A stretch of DNA of 14,532 bases, taken from NCBI GenBank assembly GCA_046731935.1, contig JBKPMA010000321.1, forward strand, positions 1-14,532. The letters run 5' to 3'. The notes below the pieces were generated by a model. It was not told the DNA's origin. It made no database searches and saw only the letters and a program-made list of their open reading frames with translations. Both the position numbers and the translations under genes were made by a program. Position 1 is the stretch's first letter; every line of letters begins with the position of its first letter. Below are positions 1-6,004 of this stretch, one piece after another. The stretch comes from Acidobacteriota bacterium. GTDB taxonomy: Bacteria > Acidobacteriota > Vicinamibacteria > Vicinamibacterales > JAENWD01.

Positions 1-171
1 GCGCACGTCCGAGCCCACGACGCCGAACAAACGCGCCTGCGTTGCTGCGGCGCCCACCTCCTCGGTCGAGTATCCAAACGTCTGCGCTGCCTCGATCGTC
101 AACGACTGTGCGTTGGCGGAGGCAGCGTGCACGATCACACACGCGCAGATGAAGAGCGCGCGTCGAGTCAT
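1..171 (-). CDS. Secreted protein with a cleavable-type N-terminal signal peptide; 3' end lies outside the window (partial)
   Basis: The reverse complement of 1-171 reads ATG ACT CGA CGC ... giving MTRRALFICACVIVHAASANAQSLTIEAAQTFGYSTEEVGAAATQARLFGVVGSDVR, 57 codons with no stop before the window edge. It has a basic n-region, a hydrophobic core and an ASA-NAQ-like cleavage context. Its ATG (171-169) overlaps the TGA stop (170-168) of the upstream cupredoxin gene (ATGA coupling). It is missing from the ORF track because it has no stop in the window. Confidence 0.4.
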   Translation of the reverse strand, partial: MTRRALFICACVIVHAASANAQSLTIEAAQTFGYSTEEVGAAATQARLFGVVGSDVR

Positions 172-752
172 GGCCAGTGAACGTCGAGCGTGGCGCCGGC
201 ACCCACGACGACGGTCCCGGTAAGCTCGGGCCGGCCGGGGCGCCACGAGTGGTAGGTGTACGAGCCCGGTGGCACCGATGCGATCTCGAACCGCCCATCG
301 CCATCGGACAGGGTGAAATACGGCGTCGGCACAGCCATCACGTACGCGGCCATGTTCGGGTGGATGTTGCAGAAAATTCGACTGAGGCCCGGGTGATCGA
401 ATCGAACCTTGCGGAGCGTGCCCACCGGATACAAGCCGAGATCGAACTTCTTGCCGTCGTGGAACGAGAAAACGTTGTGGAAGACGCGGTCGTGATTGGG
501 AAAATCGACGGTCGTGCCCACCTGCACGACGAGGATGTTGGGTGAGAAGTCGAGATTCCGCTGATCGAGCACGACGCCGCTCGCGCCTGCCAGGGTGACG
601 GGCTCGACCGACTCGAGCCACACGACGACATGCGGCTCGGCACGTGTGCCCAACCGTGTCGTGCCGTGCAGTGCCGTGACGGCGGTGCTGGATGCGTCTG
701 CGGCCGCGAGGCTGATCGCGACCGCAAACCACCAAAGAGACATCTTGTTCAC
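168..752 (-). CDS. Secreted cupredoxin (amicyanin/pseudoazurin-like blue copper) protein with a C-terminal carboxypeptidase-regulatory-like beta-sandwich domain
   Basis: 194-aa ORF with an N-terminal signal peptide (MSLWWFAVAISLAAADA). The C-x2-H-P-x-M motif (FCNIHPNMAAYV) together with the upstream His (DRVFHNVF) matches the type-1 copper ligand pattern of amicyanin (CTPHPFM). The C-terminal segment GRFEIASVPPGSYTY resembles a CarboxypepD_reg-like domain. The annotated start is GTG at 752; the ATG at 743 is an alternative. Confidence 0.6.
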   Translation of the reverse strand: MNKMSLWWFAVAISLAAADASSTAVTALHGTTRLGTRAEPHVVVWLESVEPVTLAGASGVVLDQRNLDFSPNILVVQVGTTVDFPNHDRVFHNVFSFHDGKKFDLGLYPVGTLRKVRFDHPGLSRIFCNIHPNMAAYVMAVPTPYFTLSDGDGRFEIASVPPGSYTYHSWRPGRPELTGTVVVGAGATLDVHWP

Positions 753-927
753 ACTATCGGCCTAAGCCAGCGCCGGCTGAATAGACAGCGCCTGTCACGC
801 CGTGTCACTGAAGGCCGTCCTATGCCACCGCATTCGCCGCCAATCGTGATTTTTCGACGGACCTCCGGCGGCTCGCCGGGCGTGAGGTGCCGCGACCCGC
901 ACGCCACTTGTCATCCTTCTGCGAAGC

Positions 928-1500
928 GTGAACAATCGGCACGTGCCGACACAAATTCTCATCATCACCGGCGACGCGGGAGAGAGCTACGAGTGCCTGT
1001 ATGCGCGGCATCGTCTGCTCGAAGCCGGACTCGTCCCGCTCGTCGCCGCACCGAGCCGCCGCCGTCTCAATCTCGTGATTCACGATTTCGAGCCTGGCTG
1101 GGATACGTACGTCGAGCGCCAGCAGGGATACGGTGCCGAGTCAGATCTGACGTTCGCGGATGTCCGCGTCGACGATTACGAGGCGGTCCTCGTGCTGGGC
1201 GGCCGGGCGCCGGAATACCTGCGGCACGATCCGCGTGTGATCGAGATCGTTCGAGCGTTCGATCGCGCCGGCAAGTGGCTGTTTGCGATCTGCCACGGCG
1301 TCCAGGTGCTCGCGGCCGCGGGCCTCGTTCGCAGCCGCCGGGTGACGGCGTACGAGAACTGCCGGTGGGACGTTGAAGCGGCGGGCGCCACGTACGTCGC
1401 AACCGACCAGGCAGTGCGCGACGATCGAATCGTGACCGGACAGACCTGGCAATCGCATCCCGAGTTCTACCGGCTCGTGTTCGATTGCCTGGGCCGATGA
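928..1500 (+). CDS. DJ-1/PfpI family (class I glutamine amidotransferase-like) protein
   Basis: 190 aa. The nucleophile-elbow motif AICHG(VQVLAAAG) is the DJ-1/PfpI signature. The length and the ILIITGDAGESYE N-terminus fit the family. GTG start. The stop TGA at 1498-1500 overlaps the ATG of the next gene. Confidence 0.8.
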   Translation: MNNRHVPTQILIITGDAGESYECLYARHRLLEAGLVPLVAAPSRRRLNLVIHDFEPGWDTYVERQQGYGAESDLTFADVRVDDYEAVLVLGGRAPEYLRHDPRVIEIVRAFDRAGKWLFAICHGVQVLAAAGLVRSRRVTAYENCRWDVEAAGATYVATDQAVRDDRIVTGQTWQSHPEFYRLVFDCLGR

Positions 1501-2288
1501 AGCACCCGCCCGCCTTCGGCCGCTCCTGGGGGTCGGGCCCGACACTGCTCTGCCTCCACGGCCTGGGCGGCGGCGCGCACTTCTTCAGCGGCTTCGGACC
1601 CATGCTGGCGGATCGCTGGCGCGTGGTTGCCGTCGATCTGCCGGGCAGCGGGTTCGACCCGTCGCCCCGCCCCTTTTCATTCGACGGCGCGGCCCAGAGC
1701 ATCGTCGACTGGATTCGACGCGACGGATGCGGACGAGCGTGTCTCGTGGGCCACTCGCTGGGCACGATCGTCGCGCTCGAGGTGATCCGGCACGCGCCGG
1801 AGCTCGTGTCGGGTTTCATCGCAGTGGGCGGCCTGCCCGAGGCGCGGCCCGATGCCCGGACCCGGATTGCCGGGCGGCGCGATCACGTCCGTCAGCATGG
1901 ACTCGGCGGACTCGGCGACGGCGTCGCGGCCGCGAACATGTCCCGCCGGACCTGTGAAGAGCGTCCGGAGCTCGTGGGTCTGTTCAGCCGTCTGTTCGAA
2001 CAGCAGAATGCGTCGGCGTATGCGTCGATGGCGGACGCACTGGTCGAGTGGACTGCGCGCCCACTGCCGCCGCTCGACACGGTGCCCTGCCTCGTGCTGA
2101 CCGGCGACGAGGACGCGTATGCGCCGCCAGACGACGTACGGGCGTTCGCGGCCACGCTGCCCCGAGGCACCCGCGTCGAAATCCTGCGCGACTGCGGGCA
2201 CCTGCCCTTCCTCGAACGGCCCGACAGCTGCGCGGCGGTGGTCGCTCGCACGCTGGAGTCGTGGAACCCAGTACTCACCAGGCCGTGA
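1497..2288 (+). CDS. alpha/beta-fold hydrolase
   Basis: CLHGLGGGAHFF (HGxGG oxyanion region), a GHSLG nucleophile elbow (GxSxG) and a C-terminal DCGHLPFLE catalytic His region. I place the start at ATG 1497 (MKHPP) because of the ATGA overlap with the DJ-1 gene stop. The longer track start at 1485 is an alternative. Confidence 0.8.
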   Translation: MKHPPAFGRSWGSGPTLLCLHGLGGGAHFFSGFGPMLADRWRVVAVDLPGSGFDPSPRPFSFDGAAQSIVDWIRRDGCGRACLVGHSLGTIVALEVIRHAPELVSGFIAVGGLPEARPDARTRIAGRRDHVRQHGLGGLGDGVAAANMSRRTCEERPELVGLFSRLFEQQNASAYASMADALVEWTARPLPPLDTVPCLVLTGDEDAYAPPDDVRAFAATLPRGTRVEILRDCGHLPFLERPDSCAAVVARTLESWNPVLTRP

Positions 2289-3069
2289 AGAAACCGTCCC
2301 GCTCCTGAACGTCCAAAGAGACACCGAAGGCGTCGCTCAGCAGGTCCGCACGCAAGATCTCTCGTTTGGATCCGTCGTGCCGCACGCGGCCCTCCGCGAG
2401 CACGACGATGCGATCGATCTCGGGCACGATGTCGGGAAGGTGATGCGTGACCATGATGAGCGCCGTGCCCTGACGGGCAAGACGGCTCAGGCACGCGGTG
2501 AAGTCGCGGCAGGCCCGAAGATCGAGGCTGTTGGTTGGCTCGTCGAGCACGAGCGCTCGAGGCTGGTGCGCGAGTGCGCGCGCAACGAGCAGCCGCCTCG
2601 CCTCGCCAGACGACAGCTCGGTCATCAACCGGCCGCCGAGATGTTCGACCTCCATGATCGCCATCGCGATGGCGGCCTTGTCGCGCATGGTGTCGGTCAC
2701 GACGTGGTGCGGCCAGAGCTCCACGCTGCCAAAGAACGCCGAGAGCACGAGGTCGCGGCCGGTGATGGGCCGTGTGCAGGTGGCCATCAGATCGTTCGAG
2801 ACGATGCCGATGTGTTCGCGAAGCTGGAACAGCATCCAGCGGTCGCGGCCCAGCACGCGCAACGACGCGTCGGGCGCCACGACCGGGTACACCTCGCGCG
2901 TGACCAGTTTGACGAGCGTGCTTTTCCCTGATCCGTTCGGGCCAAGAATGGCAACGTGCTGACCGGCAGGGATCGTCAGCGAGAACCGATCGAGAACGCG
3001 GGTGTCTTCCCGGTAGACCGTCAGGTTCGAGAACTCGAGCAGCGGCGCCGGCTCTGACGCCTCACTCAC
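2275..3069 (-). CDS. ABC transporter ATP-binding protein (stand-alone NBD, ModF/YlmA-like); no permease gene adjacent
   Basis: Walker A GPNGSGKST, signature LSSGEARRL, Walker B LVLDEPT and H-loop MVTHH. The track ORF (to 3531) carries an N-terminal extension that overlaps the upstream rhodanese gene. I trimmed it to the GTG at 3069-3067 (VSEASEPAPLLEFSNLTV...), which overlaps the TGA stop (3068-3066) of the upstream gene (GTGA coupling). The 3' end overlaps the convergent hydrolase gene by 14 nt. Confidence 0.75.
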   Translation of the reverse strand: MSEASEPAPLLEFSNLTVYREDTRVLDRFSLTIPAGQHVAILGPNGSGKSTLVKLVTREVYPVVAPDASLRVLGRDRWMLFQLREHIGIVSNDLMATCTRPITGRDLVLSAFFGSVELWPHHVVTDTMRDKAAIAMAIMEVEHLGGRLMTELSSGEARRLLVARALAHQPRALVLDEPTNSLDLRACRDFTACLSRLARQGTALIMVTHHLPDIVPEIDRIVVLAEGRVRHDGSKREILRADLLSDAFGVSLDVQERDGFFTAW

Positions 3070-3554
3070 TGCCGGTCCACGGGATAGGCCTTGTCCACCC
3101 AATCGGTGGCGAAGTTGGTGGGCAGATCGAGAATGCGGACCTTCGTGAAGCCCATGGCTCGAAGCGCCGTGAACGCCGGAGTGACGTTCGGACAGTGCTC
3201 GAACGGACAGCAGCCGCAATAGATCACGAGTAACGCCTCGCGCGAGAGCGGCGCCGCAAAGCGTTTGAGATCGTCGAGGCCCTCGCGCTGCGACGCGGGT
3301 CGATGGAACGTGGCGCCGGGAATGTGGCCTGGATGATAGAGCGCTTTGAAACCTACGTAGACGATCGTCGGATGGTCCGGGCCGCTCAGAGACTCCGCGA
3401 GATCGGCCGGCGCGATCAGGTCGCTGCGCGTCCACGGCGTCGAGCGTTCCGCGGATTGTCGGCCACCCTCCGCCGCCACTCCCAGTGAACACACGACGAG
3501 GGCGACGAAGACGGCCGCGCCGCGTGCGCACGTGGAAGCGGAGACACCAGCCAC
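3066..3554 (-). CDS. Rhodanese-like (sulfurtransferase-fold) domain protein with an atypical Cys-rich active-site loop; N-terminal signal/TM segment
   Basis: GHIPGA rhodanese signature. The layout LVIYCGCCPFEHCPN...AFTALRAMGFTKVRILD...W...YPV matches the rhodanese active-site Cys loop through C-terminal helix arrangement, but the loop is CGCCPFEHC rather than Cx4-5R. The hydrophobic N-terminus (AAVFVALVVCSLGVAA) suggests export or a membrane anchor. The track ORF extends to 3935 but overlaps the amt gene. The first plausible in-frame start past the amt stop is GTG at 3554; the start is uncertain. Confidence 0.6.
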   Translation of the reverse strand: MAGVSASTCARGAAVFVALVVCSLGVAAEGGRQSAERSTPWTRSDLIAPADLAESLSGPDHPTIVYVGFKALYHPGHIPGATFHRPASQREGLDDLKRFAAPLSREALLVIYCGCCPFEHCPNVTPAFTALRAMGFTKVRILDLPTNFATDWVDKAYPVDRQ

Positions 3555-3561
3555 GCGCCGA

Positions 3562-3567
3562 TTATAG
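3562..3567 (-). promoter_or_regulatory. Perfect TATAAT -10 hexamer on the minus strand, 6 nt upstream of the rhodanese GTG; a TTGTTC -35-like element lies about 19 nt upstream
   Basis: The minus strand reads ...cgcgTTGTTCggatacattcactgcccgcTATAATcggcgcGTG. The spacer is slightly long. If the hexamer is used, the transcript would be leaderless or nearly so. Confidence 0.2.
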
Positions 3568-3587
3568 CGGGCAGTGAATGTATCCGA

Positions 3588-3619
3588 ACAACGCGCGATC
3601 GCGAGAGATCGCGCGTTGT
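3588..3619 (-). promoter_or_regulatory. Perfect 13-bp-arm inverted repeat (ACAACGCGCGATC-gcgaga-GATCGCGCGTTGT) between the amt stop and the rhodanese start; possible terminator/attenuator hairpin or operator
   Basis: Seen directly in the sequence, about 22 nt downstream of the amt stop (3641). It is not followed by a U-tract on the minus strand, so it is not a canonical intrinsic terminator. Confidence 0.35.
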
Positions 3620-3640
3620 CCGGCTTGGTTGTCCGCGCGT

Positions 3641-5077
3641 TCAGCCGCGGCTGACTTCGGTCGCGAGCGCGTGACTCGCGATCTGGTCGGCCGACGACGG
3701 GTGCACGAGCGTCGCGCCCTCGCCGGTCGCATACGCTTCGTCGTTGTGCTGACTGATGTCCATGCCGAGACCCTCGTCGTTCTCGCTCGCCCGCAGCGGC
3801 GTCACGAGACCCACGAGCTTCAGCAGCACGAAGCTCAGCACCCCGCTGTAAACGATCGCAGCGCCCACCGCGATCGCCTGCGTACCGAGCTGACCGGGAT
3901 TCCCGAAGAGCAGACCGTCTGCCGTCCCGTTCCATGCCTTCTCGGCGAAGACACCGGTCAGCAGCGCGCCGACCGTGCCGCCGACTCCGTGTGCGGCGAC
4001 GACGTCGAGCGAGTCATCGAGCTTGGTGCCCGCGCGCAGGATGAGCCCGTAGTAGCTCGGGACTGCCGCCAGACCGCCCAGGATGATCGCGCTCATGGGA
4101 CTGATGAAGCCCGCGGCCGGCGTGATCGCGACGAGACCGACGACAATCGCGGTCGCCGCGCCAATCGCCGTCGCTTTCTTGTGGCGCAGGATATCCAGGA
4201 ACGTCCACACGACCAGCGTCCCCATTGGTGCCAGGAACGTCGTCGTGAACGCGAGCGAGGCAGAGGTACCGGAGCTGAGCGCGCTGCCCGCGTTGAAGCC
4301 GAACCACCCGAACCAGAGCAACCCGGCGCCGAGCAGCACGAACGGCACGTTGTGCGGCAGGAACGCCTGACGCTGGAATCCCTTGCGCGGACCGATCACG
4401 ATCGCGGCCACCAGCGCCGCCACGCCGGCGTTCACATGCACGACGGTGCCGCCGGCGAAGTCGAGGGCGCCCATCTGCTGCAGCCAGCCGCCGCCCCAGA
4501 CCCAGTGCGCGATCGGGCCGTAGACGACGATCGCCCAGAGCGAGATGAAGAGCAGGTAGGCAGGGAACCGCATCCGCTCGACGATCGCGCCAGAGATGAG
4601 CGCGGCCGTGATGATGGCGAAGGTGCCCTGGTACGACATGAAGAGGACCTGTGGAATCGTGCCCTGCGGCGCGAGTCCCACGTTATGGAGGAACACATTC
4701 GCGAGCCCGCCCACAAAGCCATTGCCAGGCGCGAACGCGAGCGAGTAGCTGATGAGCGCCCAGACCACCCCAACGAACCCGAGCGCCGAAAAGCTCATCA
4801 TCATCGTGTTGAGCGCGTTCTTCGTGCGCACGAGGCCGCCATAGAAGAACGCGAGGGCGGGCGTCATCAGCAGCACGAGCGCAGACGAGATGAGCATCCA
4901 GGCCGTGTCGGCCTGATTGATCGTGGGTGGCGGGGCGGCGGCCTCCTGGGCGTGCAGTACGGCCGATCCCATGACGGCAAGGACGCCCGCGGCAGCGGGT
5001 ACGGCGAGCCGCAGACCAGTGCAGCGGCCCGGCAGGTACCGGGCGAGTCGAACGGACAACGAGATCAGTCGTGACAT
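3641..5077 (-). CDS. amt: Ammonium transporter (Amt/MEP/Rh family)
   Basis: Eleven or more hydrophobic helices and characteristic Amt motifs (FAGGTVVH, WFGWFGFNAGS, DDSLDVVAAHGVGG). The track starts at an upstream TTG (5098). I prefer ATG 5077 (MSRLISL..., signal-peptide-like), which is preceded by an AGGGAG Shine-Dalgarno 5-6 nt upstream. Confidence 0.9.
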   Translation of the reverse strand: MSRLISLSVRLARYLPGRCTGLRLAVPAAAGVLAVMGSAVLHAQEAAAPPPTINQADTAWMLISSALVLLMTPALAFFYGGLVRTKNALNTMMMSFSALGFVGVVWALISYSLAFAPGNGFVGGLANVFLHNVGLAPQGTIPQVLFMSYQGTFAIITAALISGAIVERMRFPAYLLFISLWAIVVYGPIAHWVWGGGWLQQMGALDFAGGTVVHVNAGVAALVAAIVIGPRKGFQRQAFLPHNVPFVLLGAGLLWFGWFGFNAGSALSSGTSASLAFTTTFLAPMGTLVVWTFLDILRHKKATAIGAATAIVVGLVAITPAAGFISPMSAIILGGLAAVPSYYGLILRAGTKLDDSLDVVAAHGVGGTVGALLTGVFAEKAWNGTADGLLFGNPGQLGTQAIAVGAAIVYSGVLSFVLLKLVGLVTPLRASENDEGLGMDISQHNDEAYATGEGATLVHPSSADQIASHALATEVSRG

Positions 5078-5152
5078 GGTGCTCCCTATCTCCAGCAAGA
5101 ATGTTCAGGGCACGCGCCGACGGACCCGCGGACCATGAGCCGACGGATCGCG

Positions 5153-5171
5153 GCGCGAGACTGGCGCCACA
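5153..5171 (-). promoter_or_regulatory. Candidate sigma-54 (-24/-12) promoter for amt
   Basis: The minus strand reads TGGCGCCAGTCTCGCG, which is GG-N10-GC with 1 mismatch in each half versus TGGCAC-N5-TTGC. It sits about 75-90 nt upstream of the amt ATG. amt genes are commonly NtrC/sigma-54 controlled, which is established knowledge. The match is weak. Confidence 0.2.
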
Positions 5172-5205
5172 GCGCCTTCAGACCTGATGCGTGTGGGAGC
5201 GGGAG

Positions 5206-5646
5206 CTAGATCGAGAGGTGCGTCGCCCCCCAGTGGGACGGGATGGAGCCGATGTCGCGGACGGTGGGGTCGCGCGCCAGAAGCGAGGACGCGTTGGGAT
5301 CCGACGTAGGGGCCGGATGCCGGCAATCCCGACGGGCGGCCGATGCCGCTTGCCGGCTTCCGTCGCGTGCGCTGGACAGGACGGCCTCGAGACTGTGGCC
5401 GAAGTTGAGCGCGACGTGCGGCCTGGTCAACGGATGCGGCGCCGGCGCGTGCCGTGCGGCACTGACGCGCGGCGGATCGCGACGGACGGCCGGGACGATG
5501 GCCGCCGCCGGGCTGCTCCACGCGAGACACGCGACGAGCACGGCGCCCGCCAGCACTGACGGCGCGAGCCGTCGCGGCAAGCGGCGGGACACATGCGCCA
5601 ACGCGACACTCGCGATGACGTCCACACGTCGAGCAGAACCACCCAT
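5206..5646 (-). CDS. Hypothetical small protein with one predicted TM/signal segment, in the position upstream of amt where glnK is usually found
   Basis: The ATG at 5646 is preceded by GTGAGG about 7 nt upstream. Third-codon positions are strongly G/C-biased, consistent with coding. The hydrophobic stretch is LAPSVLAGAVLVACLAWSSPAAA. No recognisable domain, and it is not P-II-like. This could be a spurious ORF. Confidence 0.25.
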   Translation of the reverse strand: MGGSARRVDVIASVALAHVSRRLPRRLAPSVLAGAVLVACLAWSSPAAAIVPAVRRDPPRVSAARHAPAPHPLTRPHVALNFGHSLEAVLSSARDGSRQAASAARRDCRHPAPTSDPNASSLLARDPTVRDIGSIPSHWGATHLSI

Positions 5647-5813
5647 CGGTGCCTCACTGATTGGCAACGGCGGTGCCAGGCTGCGCAAGGGTAACGAAGC
5701 GCGATCGAACGCTTTTCTGGCCTGAATCTCTCGACTACACGATGCGGACGGCGCTGATATGCGACGTGGATGTCAGTCGGACCTGGCGAGGCGACAAAGT
5801 TGTCGGAGTGGTT

Positions 5814-5904
5814 CAGGTGCGGACGGAAGGTGCGGTCACTAGGTGCGGACGAAGGGTGGGGTCACAAGGTGCGGCAATCAGGTGCGGTTGTGAGGTGCGC
5901 GCGC
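5814..5904. repeat. Tandem array of 7 direct repeats with exact 13-bp period: conserved 8-nt core AGGTGCGG plus variable 5-nt spacer
   Basis: The units start at 5814, 5827, 5840, 5853, 5866, 5879 and 5892: aggtgcggacgga / aggtgcggtcact / aggtgcggacgaa / gggtggggtcaca / aggtgcggcaatc / aggtgcggttgtg / aggtgcgcgcgcg. The array is non-coding: a 13-bp period is not a multiple of 3, and the region is intergenic on the minus strand between the phhA stop and the next gene start. Confidence 0.85.
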
Positions 5905-5910
5905 GGAAGC

Positions 5911-5951
5911 AGACATTTTTGTCGTGCGTAGAACTGGGCCGACAGTTTTGT
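5911..5951. promoter_or_regulatory. Two copies of GACA(t/g)TTTTGTC (each an internal GACA-N4-TGTC inverted repeat), 29 bp apart, in the only AT-rich island of the region
   Basis: 5911-5922 is gacatttttgtc and 5940-5951 is gacagttttgtc. They lie between the 13-bp array and its inverted copies. Candidate dimeric transcription-factor sites or promoter elements. Confidence 0.3.
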
Positions 5952-5965
5952 CCGGACCTTGCACC

Positions 5966-6004
5966 GTGCGGCCGCACCGGTTGACCGCACCACTTGGCCG
6001 CCGC
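5966..6004. repeat. Three inverted-orientation copies of the array core (CCGCACC at 5972 and 5985; degenerate CCGCCGC at 5998) again at 13-bp spacing, preceded by the perfect palindrome GTGCGGCCGCAC (5966-5977); the last copy overlaps the phhA stop codon
   Basis: Seen directly in the sequence. CCGCACC is the reverse complement of GGTGCGG, the core of the upstream array. Confidence 0.6.

Noticed and set aside
630-1819. Overlapping ORFs 630..1376 (+), 1067..1819 (-), 1141..1545 (-) across the DJ-1/hydrolase genes
   Set aside because: They are out of frame or antisense to the DJ-1/PfpI and alpha/beta hydrolase genes, which carry clear catalytic motifs. The Arg/Pro/Ser-rich translations are characteristic of GC-rich off-frames.
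3069-3935. N-terminal extensions of the track ORFs 2275..3531 and 3066..3935 (minus strand)
   Set aside because: The extensions are Arg/Gly/Ser-rich junk that overlap the upstream genes in-strand. Internal GTG starts coincide with stop codons of the upstream genes (GTGA coupling) and with where the conserved domains begin.
3578-5074. 498-aa plus-strand ORF (RD/ER/H-rich translation) covering the amt locus
   Set aside because: It is antisense to a strongly supported Amt transporter gene. The translation is low-complexity and charge-rich, typical of the wrong frame in high-GC DNA, and it has no SD or domain features.
5814-5904. Possible CRISPR array
   Set aside because: The period is only 13 bp, with an 8-nt core and 5-nt spacers. 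CRISPR repeats are 23-50 nt with spacers of similar length, and no cas genes or leader are present.
5661-5984. 107-aa plus-strand ORF spanning the 13-bp repeat array
   Set aside because: The repeat period (13 nt) is not a multiple of 3, so the conserved cores fall in shifting frames. Conservation is at the nucleotide level, not the protein level, so the region is non-coding.
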